Assembly (NCBI GenBank): GCA_039096225.1
Contig: JBBPEB010000020.1
Location: forward strand, 1-64,000
Origin: Blastocystis sp. Blastoise
Taxonomy: Eukaryota; Protista; Bigyra: Opalinata
Length of the DNA stretch: 64,000 nucleotides
Direction: 5' to 3'
Shown here: positions 40,027-56,856 of the stretch, one piece after another
Layout: the number at the start of each line of letters is the position of its first letter
Numbering within the stretch: position 1 is the first letter of the stretch
The notes under the pieces: model-generated
Told to the model about the DNA's origin: nothing
Databases searched by the model: none
What the model saw: the letters and a program-made list of their open reading frames with translations, nothing else
Translations under genes and position numbers: made by a program

Positions 40027-41804
40027 ATATATAAATATTAAATGTATTTAAATAACTTTCAAGAGAAAGTGTCATAAACATATTATTCCATGATTGTATT
40101 AAACAATAACTTTTTTTTAATAGAGATGGGATCAATTGGATATATATATATATATTTGGATCCATAAATAACGATTCATCTGGTAACTATATATATAATC
40201 ATAATCATAACCATAACCATAATAATCATATATAAATTACCTTTAATAAATCATTATTATTAAGTGTTTCTAATGATAAATTGATATTACTTTTCATTTG
40301 TTTAAGTATATATATATATTGATTAGCTCGAATACATTCATTTAAAATAGATTGATTTAAGAAACTTGGAAATTGTGAAATATCTGCAGAAGAAAACAGA
40401 GATTCCCATGAATATTCATCAGGAAGAGATAAAGGACATTTATTTGGATTTATACAGAATATAATATGTTCTAATAGTTTTTCATTTGGTTGAATAAAAA
40501 TATTAATAGATATTGATGAATAATAAGATTGAATTTCTAATGATTGACATAAATATAATATATATTGATATAATGATTTTGTTAATAAAGATATATATTC
40601 ATTTTCTTTATATAAAGATGATAAATATAAAGAATTCGAAAAGAATGTAGAAAGTGGCTGAATAACAAAAGATTCACGATTATCAATAAAATATTCAAGA
40701 ATATAATCATCTGAATAAGTAAATATATGCTTATTTTCAGGAATAAGAAGAATAGAAAGAAAACAGCGAATATATATACATAAAGAATGTTGTAATAAAT
40801 CTAAAAAAGAAACAAATGACGTAAATGTAAGTGTTTTTAATATAGATTTATTTAAACTATTATATATTATTTCTAATTTCTCCTTTAAGAAAGATAATAT
40901 ATTTTGAATTATTTTCCGATCAATTGCATGAAAATGAATCATATTATTTAAATAATTATTAACAAATAATGAATAATAAAAACATAAAGTAGATAATAAA
41001 ACTACTCTATCTTGAATATGTTGAATAATACCAACAGAATAACCTTCTACGAGAAATAGACTATTCCCACGATTCTCTTTATTATCTGATATATTATTAT
41101 TATTATTATCTAAATTATTATCCAAATTATTACTATTATCTAAATTATTATCCAAATTATTACTATTATCATTTGTATAATATATATATTTATGTAAATC
41201 TTCGTTAAATCCATATAAATATAATGGGAATCCTTGAAGACAAGAAATAGATTCTTTTATAAATATAGCTAAAGGAATAATAGGAAGTGAATAATGAAAT
41301 TCTTTAGAATATTCTTTTGAAAATAGAAGTGGAGGTAGAGGATATATATATGTATATAAAGAAATTGAATGTTCTTGAATTATTCGTTTTGGATATGTAA
41401 TTGTACGAAGAGGACTATGACGCGCTTCATCTCTTTTATAGCCAGGATATGAAGTAGATAAAGAAGATGGTGATATATTAATATCTAGAGAATCAATATC
41501 AATTCTATTATCTAAAGAATGAAATGAAGAAGAAGAAGAAGAAGAAGAAATTGTTATATCTTTTTGTTTATTTATTGAAGAATGTATAGTAGATAAATCA
41601 TTTTGTGGTGAAGAATTTATAGATTTAATCATATCAATATTATTACTATTAGTAGCAGCAGTTGGTGATTTATATAATCCTAAATTCTTTTCAATTTCTT
41701 TATTCAATTCTATATCATCTAGATCTATATCCATATTTATATTCATATTCATATTTGTAGTATCTTTAGGACTCTGCTTTATATATTCATCTTTATCTTT
41801 TAAT

Positions 41805-41836
<32 letters not shown>

Positions 41837-41899
41837 TGTATTAGTATTAGTATTAGTATTAGTATTATTAGTATTATTATTATTATTTGTATTAGTATT

Positions 41900-41970
<71 letters not shown>

Positions 41971-43063
41971 CTGAGATATAATTATTAATAGTAGTATTAC
42001 TAGATAGAGGAGAAGAATCATCATTATCAATATAGCTAAGAGAAAATAATGGTGATTGCTGATATACAGTAGATTCATATATAGATTTCGATATTATAGG
42101 ATAAGAAGGATTAAAAGAAACTGATTTATTAGTAATAGAAGAAGAAGAAGGAATAAGAGCAGATTCTAAAGTAGAATTTAAAGTAGAATCTGTAATAGAT
42201 AATTGATTATTAACAAATGTTGTATTATATTGAATAGTTGTATTATGAATATTTTTTGTAGAAATATCATTTTTATTATTATATTCTTGAATAGCAGATG
42301 AATATGTTAAATAATCTTTTTCATTGATATTTATATTAAATACATATTTTTGTATTTGATTTTTAATAATAGAAGGTGGACAATATTCTATAGGAATAGT
42401 ATTCCACTCAGGATCAAGTTTTTTCGAAGTTGTCTATTATTTAAAATATTAGTTAAAATATAAAATAGCATATATTTTCTAATAGTTCAGAAAAAAAAAT
42501 TTTAAAAATATATAAATATATATACAGAGAAAGAATCAATTGGATCAGGAACATGTACGAGATCATCCGGAAATTGTATATATGATAAATTATCTATAAT
42601 AAATAAAGAATTAGAAGAAAAAACAAAAAAATAATAATAATAATAAAATACTGTGTTTCTTCATTTGAACCATTTCGAGAAGAATTGAAATCACATTCTT
42701 TTGAGTTTCTATTAATATAGAAATGTGATCATATATATATATATACCATTATTAAACTGATTTAAATGTGTTTTAATAGAAACTTCAATACGATTGAGTT
42801 GTTTCTGATCAAAAGTTGTTTTGAAACCTAATGACAATACTTTATATTCTAAAGAATCGTATTGATTTTCTTCTAATACCTGGATCTATACAAAAATTAC
42901 TCATCAAACAGTAAAAACAAATACATACATCTCGATATAAAGGCAGCAACTGTTCATAAAACTTCATAGGGAGAATACAGCTCTTGTTCGTTAGAATCAT
43001 TTGTAGTTTTTGAAGATTTTTCACAACAGAATGATCACATGAAGAATCATTATGTATATTCAT
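38211..43063 (-). CDS. Probable gamma-tubulin complex component (Spc97/Spc98 GCP family), multi-exon
   Basis: Divergent GRIP-like motifs in the expected order: IKESISCLQG, FPSFLNQSILNECIRANQYIYILK, YAPWKYIFTNDTIE, RYVCSFFINTFLSYY...W. Exon boundaries are approximate. Confidence 0.6.
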
Positions 43064-43731
43064 CGTAATTTACAATTTTTACAAATTATATATTGATATA
43101 GCTCTTAAGGAAGAGATTATTTGTATAAAAGAAATATGGAACAGAACAGAAACAAAGAAAAGAAATTTGAAAGTCTCATCGTTATTTCCCTGTTTATTTC
43201 CAGATTGTCGCTTATTTTACTTTTTTTTTCAAAAACAAATATAAAAAGTATTCGAATCAATTTTTAATAGATTGAATCAATATTTAAGTGTTTATACTAT
43301 ATTCTAAAGGTCTTAATTTATACATAGAGATTAGCTTTATGAATGAATATTCAAATTTCTAGAGTCGTTAATAATCAAATCGTTTAAATTTAGATTTCAA
43401 GTACATCTAATAAGTTTTATATTAGTGTATGCTGTATTACGACACTATCAGATGCATTTGAATTGTTAAGTGTTCATAGACAAATCATTGATAGTAACTT
43501 GAATTTATATATTTGATCAATTGCAAGTATTTGTCACTATTTTAATAATAAAATACATATAAATTATATAAATAAAAGACTCTCCAGTATATATATATTT
43601 TTAAAGAATGATTTTATTAAAACTTTCACTCGTGTAATGGATATTCCCATAATAAATTGTAAAGATATCTCAATTCTTTTTTGTTGTTAGTTTAATTATA
43701 AATACAATATAAGTTATTCATTTTCTATATT

Positions 43732-46193
<2,462 letters not shown>

Positions 46194-46424
46194 TTCATTT
46201 TTTTATTATTGTTTCTACTTATTCTATAATATATCATTTCCTAGAATATATATATATTATTATTTCTATTTTTTTCATCATCATATTCTTTTATTCTAAT
46301 AAAAATATATCAAAAACTGTTGTCATTTTTACATATTTATAAAAAAAATCACAAACAATACATATTTATCAATTAATAAACCGAAATACGTATACAGCAA
46401 TTATTATTATAAAATTCACTTAAA

Positions 46425-46907
46425 TTATAAAATATCAAAATTAGTGTTTTTACTACTATAATTTGTTTTTTTATATTTACGATTTTCTTCTGGAGGCATA
46501 TCCACAACTTTTGTTTTCATATCTGCAACAGACTTATCAATGGCATTTATACTATCAACAAGAGCTTTCCACTGAGGTTCTGTTAATGAAATACCTTTCT
46601 TTGTAGGTAACATCTTCATGCTGTTTTGTTCCAAAAAATACTTACGAATATCAATTAAAACTTTGTTCTGCCACTAAAGACATATAGACATAGTATTTTT
46701 TAATCAAACTAATAAATAATAACAAGAAAAACATACTAATCTAACAGAAACATTAGTCGTACTGGAAATAGCAATACTCCATCCATTATCTTCAGTGTAA
46801 TAAGGTTCCTTTGGATATTTAGAAACTGGTGCTTCTTCCGCAAATGCTCTTGCCAATTGCACGACCTGTTTGCTATTTATAGCACAACGCTTCACTAAAC
46901 TTTGCAT
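46425..46907 (-). CDS. PC4/Sub1-fold ssDNA-binding protein with putative mitochondrial presequence
   Basis: Two exons (intron ~46736-46674): VSVRLWQNKVLIDIRKYF...MLPTKKGISLTEPQWKAL; N-terminus MQSLVKRCAINSKQVVQLARAFAEE. Confidence 0.88.
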
Positions 46908-47289
46908 ATTATTCAATTAATATATAAATTTTTAATAAAAATAGTCAAAAAAATAAAAATCTATTTACTATCATTTTTTACTAAAGTTTTATAATATAAC
47001 CGTGTTTACAAAAAACAAATTCTGATTTTTCTATCATTATTTTTCAGCTTTATTCTGATATTTTTTCGGTTCATAAATAGTCATAATAATCTGAATATGG
47101 CTGAATACAGAATTCTCAAATATTTCTTATGTATTTCTACTTGGAAATATGGATTTCCAGAGAAACTTTAATAATTTGCTAGAAACAACAATAACGAGCA
47201 AATCTGATTGTTCAACTCTGAAGATATTTTGCTGTAGGATTTCTGTAGAATTATCTTTATTTACCTCTCTTAGAACAACTTTTATTTCT

Positions 47290-48489
47290 ATGTCTACTGA
47301 ATCTGATAAGAAGAATCGTCTTGCTGAAATACAAAATAGTGTATCCTTTTATTATTCAATAACTATTCATTTTCAGAGATGTCGTTGTTATACTAATGAA
47401 TTTTTCTTATATCTAGTTAGCAAATAATCTTGCCAAGCTTCGTCTTGATCGCGCAAACAATAACGAATCTGCTCCTGGTGTTAATCTTCCTGCTCCCTCT
47501 GCTTCCCCTTTCTTACCTGCTCCTAAGTATTTTCATTTTATTATTCATATCATTAATAAATTATTTATTGTATATTTAATTGGTTTTATCTTTTAAAAAT
47601 AGACACTAATTATCTTTTGTTTTTTAATTAACAGAATAATTAATTATTATACATATGTATATAGACCTCAAGAAAAGGCTCCTCTTTGTGAACTTAAGGG
47701 AAACAAATGGGCTGTTGAAAATCAAGTAAGAATTTTTTTTTTTTTTTTTTGTAATATTATGTATAGATAATTATGTTTATTTATTTGTTGTTGCTTATAT
47801 ATATTATATATATATATAGACATCTAAGTTAACTGTAGCCACAACAAGTATAAATGAAAATGTTTATATTTATAATTGTAAGAATGCAACTATTTTTGTT
47901 CAAAATAAATGTAAAGGAATTGTTATTGATCATTGTACACGTACAAATGTAGTTGCTGATAATCTTATTACTACTTGCGAACTTATTGATAGCAAGTATA
48001 TATTTATTTTTTTTTATTATATATATATATATATATTTTTTATTTATTTATTTTTTTTTTTATTATATATTTATTATAAATAGGAATTGTAAATTTCAAA
48101 TAAAAGAAAAAGTTCCTACAGTTTCTTTTGATAAATCTGATTATTGTTCACTTATTCTTTCACCTGATTCTTTAGATGTTAAAATTATATCTTCAAAATC
48201 ATCAGAATGTAATATTATGTGGCCTAAAGTAGGAACTGATGATTGGGTATATATATATATTATTATATTATTTATTTTTATTATTATTATATTATTTATT
48301 TATTTATTTATTTATATATTTCTATTATTATTATTATTTCTAATTCACTTCTTTAATTTCATTATATTCTATATGTATTCCTTATATATATATATATAAT
48401 AGATTGAACAACCCGTTCCTTCTCAATTTTATCATACAATTCAAAATGATAAACTTACTACTGAAGTCTCTGATTTATATAGTTGTTAA
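47290..48489 (+). CDS. CAP: Adenylyl cyclase-associated protein, C-terminal CARP domain only
   Basis: ELKGNKWAVENQ, VYIYNCKNATIFVQNKCKGIVIDHC, VPTVSFDKSD, SSKSSECNI and EQPVPSQF across 6 exons. Confidence 0.9.
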
Positions 48490-48756
48490 ATAGTCAATAA
48501 TTATATAAATTTAGTCTCTTTTTTTTTAATTTTATTTGATTTATAGATTAGTTTTTTTATCGTATTTTTTAAATATTAGTATATTCAAAGATTTTATTTT
48601 CTTTAAATATATTATATATAAGTCTATCGTTTAACATCAAATATTCTAGTTTTCCTTATATGGATATTACAAAATGATCAAAATAAATAATGCTATACAA
48701 CTAAAATGACATATAAACATAAATATATATAGATAGAAAAATAATATTGTTGAGAA

Positions 48757-48958
48757 TTAAAAATAATAATCATCATCATCATCATCATCTGTTTTATATA
48801 ATTGTTTACGGAAACGAGAAATACGACGAGGCTGTTCAGTAGAAATCTCCTAAAAAAGATATATAATAATGATTATAATAATAGGAACTAATCTTAATCA
48901 TAATAAAAAAAAGTATAAAAAAATATGTAAAATAAGCATATCTTCATATAGAATAAAT

Positions 48959-49001
<43 letters not shown>

Positions 49002-49297
49002 GTATACTTCCATTTGTCGAAGAGGGTTATTTACAGTTCGTTCTTTAATAATAGGTTGTATATCTGGATGGCTATTCATAGATATACCTAAAGGAGAAGC
49101 AATATGAACAGAAGGATTCAAGGAGACATCCGAATTACCACGGGAATCTTGATTAGTTTTCATATTCTTCTTAAATCGAGATACACGCTTCTTTGTATTT
49201 TCATTATTATTATTATTAGTAGTAATAGTATTATTAACCACAGGATGTTCTTTTACAATAGATGAAACAGGATCGTGTATTATTTTCTTAGATTCTA

Positions 49298-49376
<79 letters not shown>

Positions 49377-50018
49377 TGGTTGTGTAATAGTAGATTTTAA
49401 AAAAGAAGAAGATGATGATGATGATGAGGGTTTAATGGCGGGAGATTTAACTTGAATGGCGGGAGATTTAGCTTGAATAGATGGCTTAGAAGATGGTGTA
49501 GAATATTTCAACTATATATATATATATAAGAATTCATGATATATAAATATATATTACTCTATAATAATATAACTAATATATATTATCTATACTTGTTTTG
49601 CTATAGTTTGACATATATTTTTATGTTTATTCCAATGTTTTAGTTGACAATCACGATCACAATAATATGCAGACTTACAACGACTACATTGATAACTATA
49701 TATATATTTATATATATATATAAGATTTCATAGTATAGAAAAATAAAGAAATAGATAAGATAGATATATATATATATATATATACTGAGCATTCTTTTTC
49801 CCACAATTACCACACATATGATTCTATATATATATATATATATTATAAATAAAATAATCGTTATTAAAACATTATTGTTATTATATATATACAGAATCAA
49901 TGGTATCTATTTCTCCTTCATCACCAGTCGCTGTAGTCGATTTCTTTGTATCCGAAACAATAGTTGAACTGGCTTCTTTTACTTGAGTTTCTGGATGATT
50001 TTCAGTAATAATCTCAGC

Positions 50019-50097
<79 letters not shown>

Positions 50098-50100
50098 TAG

Positions 50101-50135
<35 letters not shown>

Positions 50136-50612
50136 TAACTATATACCATTATTTAATAAATGATTAAATTGTTGATTTAATTCTTCTTTCTTTTCCTTTA
50201 TATATTGTTCTGAGTTATGATCTCTCACAAGTGCGTCATGAGAATCATCCAATACACCTTCAGCACGTGCTGCATGAAACGCATCATCCAATGATTGAGA
50301 AGCTTCATTAAATTCTATATATATATAAATATATACATATTCATTTAATAATAGTTTACCTTGATTTGTTTTATTTGTAGATTTAGAATCAATTTTTATT
50401 TCTTGTTTATTTATAATATCATTCATTTTATTATTATTATTATATTGATTTCCATTAACAGAAACAGTAATATGTTTTTGATTATTTGAATCATAATAAT
50501 AGTTATTCCCGTGATTATTCGTGTCTTTAGAGAAGATTTCTTCATGAGTATCTTCTTCATCAGGTATATATTCGACAATCTCATGAATATCCTCTGTTTC
50601 CTTGGAACTACC

Positions 50613-50673
<61 letters not shown>

Positions 50674-51281
50674 CATCATCATATCCATTATAATCATATA
50701 TTTATTAAAAATATAAGAATAAAATGTTATATTAAAAAATAAAAACAATAATAATACTAATAGAATATTCAAATAAAGAAAAACTAATCAATATTATTCC
50801 TATATATACAGATGTTCCATCTATTTGTTGTTGTAAATCTAATAATTTTGCTTTTTCTTCTTGAATTGTGTTTATTTTCTTTTCCATGTGAGACTGACGT
50901 CTGTCTAATATCCCTTGTGCCTAAAGAAACGATTATTAAAGCACTGAAGAGCATTATTAATGAGTAGATGAACAAGATATACTTGCTTTGAAGATCTCCA
51001 AGCAAAGTAGTCATCACCTAACGCACATAAAACTTCATTTGTATGAACAATCTTTCCTTCCATAAACGCTAATGGACCTAAAGGAACCATCACTTTTTGA
51101 GTATATTCATCAGGAAGAGTATTTAATCGCTCTTTTACACCTACACATTCATCACAGAGACTCTTTAAGTCATTTATTTGCTTGTCATACCTATCCAATT
51201 GCTGAATAACAATAATAAAAATATTTTATAATAATAATATACCTGTTTAAGTAGTATTCCAGCATCAGAATAGTTTTCCAT
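48757..51281 (-). CDS. URI1: URI1/Bud27 unconventional prefoldin with an internal MYND zinc finger
   Basis: VMVPLGPLAFMEGKIVHTNEVLCALGDDYFAWRS prefoldin-alpha domain; C-terminal KRVSRFK / RRISRFRK boxes; spliced CGNCGKENAQYKCSRCKSAYYCDRDCQLKHWNKHKNIC. Confidence 0.88.
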
Positions 51282-51382
51282 ATTGTTATAATTGCTTTAG
51301 AATAGAAACAGATGCAAATTAACAAGAAAAAGAGTAAAAATGACTTTTGCTAAAATACAAACAATTTTCATTTTTCAGTCAA

Positions 51383-54300
51383 ATGATGAGATGTATTCAC
51401 GATTCTGATTCAGTTTCGAGAAATCATTTTTGTGCCGTGTTTTTTGTACCATTTCATTCATATAAGTGAGTTTTATACTTTTTTATTTAGATGATCCATA
51501 ATGATGATTCGGTATAAACTGATTTTCATGATAATCGTATTCATTTTGTGTTGTATGGGGTTTATTCCTCATTTTACTTCACTCTGTTCTCCCATCAATC
51601 CTGTTCGTTATGTTCTAAGAACCACAGAATCTATATTATGGACATTATGGGATTTATTCACGTTTGGTTCGTTAACATTTTTTCATTCAGAAGTATTTAT
51701 ATATGTTTTTTATATATTAACTATGATTTTGATTTATAGAAATCGGGTTATATGTGGAATTTCTCAATAAATGAAGAAATCAGAGTGAGTTTTTTGCGTT
51801 TTTCTTATTCTTATTCTTCTAATTATAATTTTTTTCTATAGAATTGCACAGAGTCGACACTTTATTATATGCTTATATTGATCTTAAAGATGATATCTAT
51901 TGTATCCATTCTAATATACTTTCGTTATTACTATATTAATTGTTCAATTCAAAAACAGCAAGTTCTTTATCAATTATTTACTTATATATGTCGATTCTTC
52001 TTCTTTCTCTCTATTCCATTCTTTCTCTATATGATTTCAAACATATATACACCTCTCTATTTACTATTAAACACATTTTTACCATGTATGTAATAATTAT
52101 ATATATATATATATATTTATTTATTTATGTATATAGTCAATCAACAAAATCAAATCGTTGTTTATACACGTATATATATATAATATAATATAAATAATAT
52201 AATTCTAAATATATATATAGCATCTCCTATTGATGATTATTACCCAACTCCTTCTTCTTCTTCTCTTCCACTTTTTATACTTATATTTATATATATATAT
52301 AAATTTATGATTTCAAAAAAACTTGTATTTAAAAAAAGTATATTCATATATTTTTAAATATCATGTATATATAGAATTTCTATATATATCATGTTCTGTG
52401 CTTTTATTTGCAATGATTTCTTCACCAAGTATATATATATATTATATATATATATATTATATATTATATATTATATAATATATATTATATATTATATAAT
52501 ATTATTATAGGTGGATTGATGACGCTCCTTTCATCCCTCATTTCTCCCCTCCAATCCCTCTATATATCCCTCACTTATTATTTCTCTTATATTCTCTCTT
52601 CATTCCTATATCCCTATTTTGCTACTATTCTCTCTATTTCTATTACACTCTATATTTTAGTATTTGGAATTATTCAAGTATGTGTAATAAATTTATTACT
52701 ATTATTATTATATACTATTATAATATATTATTATTATATTATTTTCTATTCTTATTATATACTATTATATTATATATAAAGATACTCTATTCACTTCAAT
52801 CTCCTTTTAACTTATGGACGTCTCCTCTTCTTCTATATATATACATATATCGATATATTCCTTCAATACCAACAGCTCATCTATTTATATATATCGCTTT
52901 AATTCTATTATCTGTAAATATATATTATTATTATTATATTCATAAGATTGAATAATGATATAGAATACTATGTATAATACTATATATATAGAATACAATA
53001 CAAACAGAATCACCACAAGATCCATTTTCATTCCCTTTTTCGGTTTCGTTTTCTCCTTTTTCTCTTCCTTCTCTTTCTCTTCCTCCTATTCATCAATATC
53101 CACTCTTTTTCCTCTTTCAAATACTGTATATTATTATTTACTCAAATCACAATTGGTTTCTCCATGTTTCTCTTATTATCACAGGAATATTTCTTTATAT
53201 TTATGTATCCTTTATTATTATTATATATATTTATTATTATTATTTATATTTATTATTATTATTTATATTTATAATAATTTCTTACAATTCGTATTAATTC
53301 CTTAATATATTATCCCTCTATGTGTTCATCTGTATATATTGGATTTTCTGTATTCTCAAGAATATTCTCTATACTTGTTTATTATTCATCATTCCATATT
53401 GTTAATAATACTTATAAATATATATACTCATTTGTACTTTCATCATTATTAGGTATATATCTATTTATTTATTTATTATTATATATATAGCATTTATACT
53501 ATTGGATACCTATCCCTATACTTCGCGTCTCTTCTCCTTCTTATTATATATACCTCTCTATCTTGTCACTACTCTATATCTATATAGTAATTAATTATAT
53601 CATATATTCATACATATAACTATATAATCTTATATATATAAAATATTAAATATACTATTATATTATATATCCTATATTCTCTCTAGTTACTTCTCATTCC
53701 CTTCCTATTGACATTTCTCTCTATATTACTATATATCTAAATAAATATACTCATCAGATTCTCTCTTATTTCTCTCTGTTTCTTGCTTCCTTTTATATTG
53801 TTGTCGGTCTATTGAATATGAATCCCATGTATATATATATATCAATTATATATATCACTTATATATATATATCAATTATATAGATTCCATATAGAAATCA
53901 ATATTACATTATTTGGTCAACCTTTTTATGTTTATTTATATACTTTATATTTATCACTATGTATTGTATATATTAAACAATTATTCCAATCATTTTTCAA
54001 AGAAGAAGAAATACAAAACAATAGTAAGTCTAAGAAACAATCAAATAATAATAATAATAATAATATACAAGATATTGAACATAATACTGTTTCAATGAAT
54101 AATCATAATATTATTAATAACACCGAAAATGTCAATTCTCCAATCACTATGTATACTCCCGAAATATCATGTGATCTGGATCCAATAGAATCACTTCCTC
54201 ATTCTCCAATTCCTTTATTCTCAAATAATAATAATATTAATAATATTAATATTAATAATAACATTAGTATAGAAAGTAATGAAAATTATTTAGACGATTG

Positions 54301-55030
54301 TCTTATTAGCTTAAATAAACTGAAATATTCTGAAAAAGAAGTTCAACTAAATAAAAATCTGCATTTAAATATCTATAAACCTCCTTCTCTTCATTGTATA
54401 TATATATATATTAATATCATTTATATCATAATGAACTTATCTATATATATAGATATTCAACCCCAGTTAAATACTGATATTTCTACGATTATTTCTCAGA
54501 ATGAAGACTCTATTTCATCAAAACAATTCTCATCACAATCATCATCATCTTCTATTAATATTCATAAAAACCACGGGAATATCGATTCAATTCCTCAATT
54601 TCTTCGTACTCCCGAGTTATATACATCATCGATCGATATTACTCATGAAAATTCACTTTCTAATATTATTACTCCCTCTAATATATACATGTATATTATT
54701 ATTATTATTATACACTAGTGTATAAATTATTTTATATAAACTATCAATTTAATAGAATTATATACCTTATATATTTATTCTTTTATTCCTTATTTTCTCC
54801 TTTATTTTTAGATATATCTTCACAAACTCATGATTCTACTACAAATAAAATTGAAAGAATATCAAAATATAATGAATATGATAGACAACAACGATCTAGA
54901 AAAAATAGTATTCCTCAAGAAAATCTTACTATTTTTGATACACCTATAGAATCTCATAAACGTATATATATATATCATTTTTATTCATAATATGTATTCA
55001 ATTATTTTGTCTATTACTACCTTATAATCT

Positions 55031-55090
<60 letters not shown>

Positions 55091-56180
55091 TTATATATAT
55101 ATTCCTTTAGATAAATTGATTCCATTACATAAATATAAGCAGTCTAAAGATATACATATATATAAAAGAAAAGATCCAGAAGTAAATTCAATTCATTCTA
55201 TTTCACAATATACTAATTCTATATCTACTCAACAATCTATAAATACTCCTTCTTCTTCTAATAATATTTCTAATAATAATCCTAATAATAATCCTAATAA
55301 TAATTCTATTAATAATCCTAATAATTCTCTAACATCACATTCATCTCCTTCTTCAACTACACTTTCGTTTCTTCCTGAAGAATCAGAATATATTATTACT
55401 CCTATTCAAACAGAGAAATCTTCTTTATTATCATCTCTCTCTTCACTACAACGTGCTATTCAAGAAAATCTTCAACCTAAATATACTAATGAATATAGTT
55501 TAATTCCTACTGATGTTCCATATAAAACTACTATTCATTCGGATGAGTCATCACCTCTATCTTCATCTCCTATATATTCACATATACATTCACAGTCATT
55601 CTCTATAAATGATAATACTTTAGATAATCATACTCTAGATCATGAACAATTAGAATATATAGTTAGACCTCGATTAACAAATACTACACGGTCTATTTCT
55701 CAAGAAACACAATTAGAATCCATATCTACTGATATTAATTCCAATACACTAATCAACACAAAAGAATCTTCTATTATTAATAGAAATAATAAAATTAATA
55801 ATGATAAAATTAATAATGATAATAAAATTAATAGTAATGACAATAATATATCTCCTGTGACTCCAAAATCAACTACAAAAAGTTATTTATCAAAAAGTCT
55901 TAGTTCTACATCAATAAAGAAAAAGAATGATGATATTGATATATATTCGCCATTAGAATATAAACAGAATAACAATATACATATATTAACGGATGATTCA
56001 AATTCTATTATTTCATTATCTTCTCCAAAAACAAATAAAATTATTGTTAAAAGAAGAAAACGAGAATCAACTATGTTTGATAGTGATGATGATGATGAAT
56101 ATAGTTCACTTAATATGGTTCCAAAGAAAAATATCAATTCAACAAGTCAATTATTATCAGAGAATTACTGGGATCTATAA
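51383..56180 (+). CDS. Uncharacterised multi-pass membrane protein with a long Ser/Asn-rich tail
   Basis: Many short hydrophobic GT-AG bounded exons in 51.5-53.9 kb. The exon starting at 53884 reads in frame from a hydrophobic segment into ORF 54095; the last exon is ORF 55116-56180. The start is uncertain. Confidence 0.5.
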
Positions 56181-56856
56181 TTTTTTATATAATTTTTATG
56201 AACTTTTTCTAATTTTTTTTTAATTTATTTATTTAATTTTCTTGTATCATTTGAAAATATGAATAAATTTTGATTCTATATATTTTTTATTTTCCTTCTT
56301 TTTTCTCTTTTTATCTTTTATAATTTAAATATCTATTTTATTAACTGCGTTCCTTGTTTATTCATAAGTATCGTTCATTTTCTTTCAAATAAATCAGAGA
56401 AATAATTGCACTCTGCTAAATGAATGATATATCAATATAAATAAAAGGTCATCCTATAATTTGTTCCTATTTATTTGTTATTTAGACTATCAAACATAAT
56501 ATTCTTTATTGATGTTTTTAAAAAGTTAAAAAAATATATACTAACAATTTTATTCTTCTTTCAAAAAGTATTGAGTTTTAGTATATTTGAATATAGAAAA
56601 CAGATATATAATAATGAAATAATTATATAAAAAAATAAGAAAAAATTAAAATATAAAAAGTTAAAAAATATATATATTATTAAGTATAGATTGAAATGAA
56701 CAACTAAAAAACGAAAATGTTTAAAAACAATAGTTGATTGCTATAAAATAATATAAAAAAACAATAAATAAAATAATATTTGTTAAAAATACTATATATA
56801 CAATAGATATATAATAGATATATAATAGATATATAATAGATAAATATATATATAAT

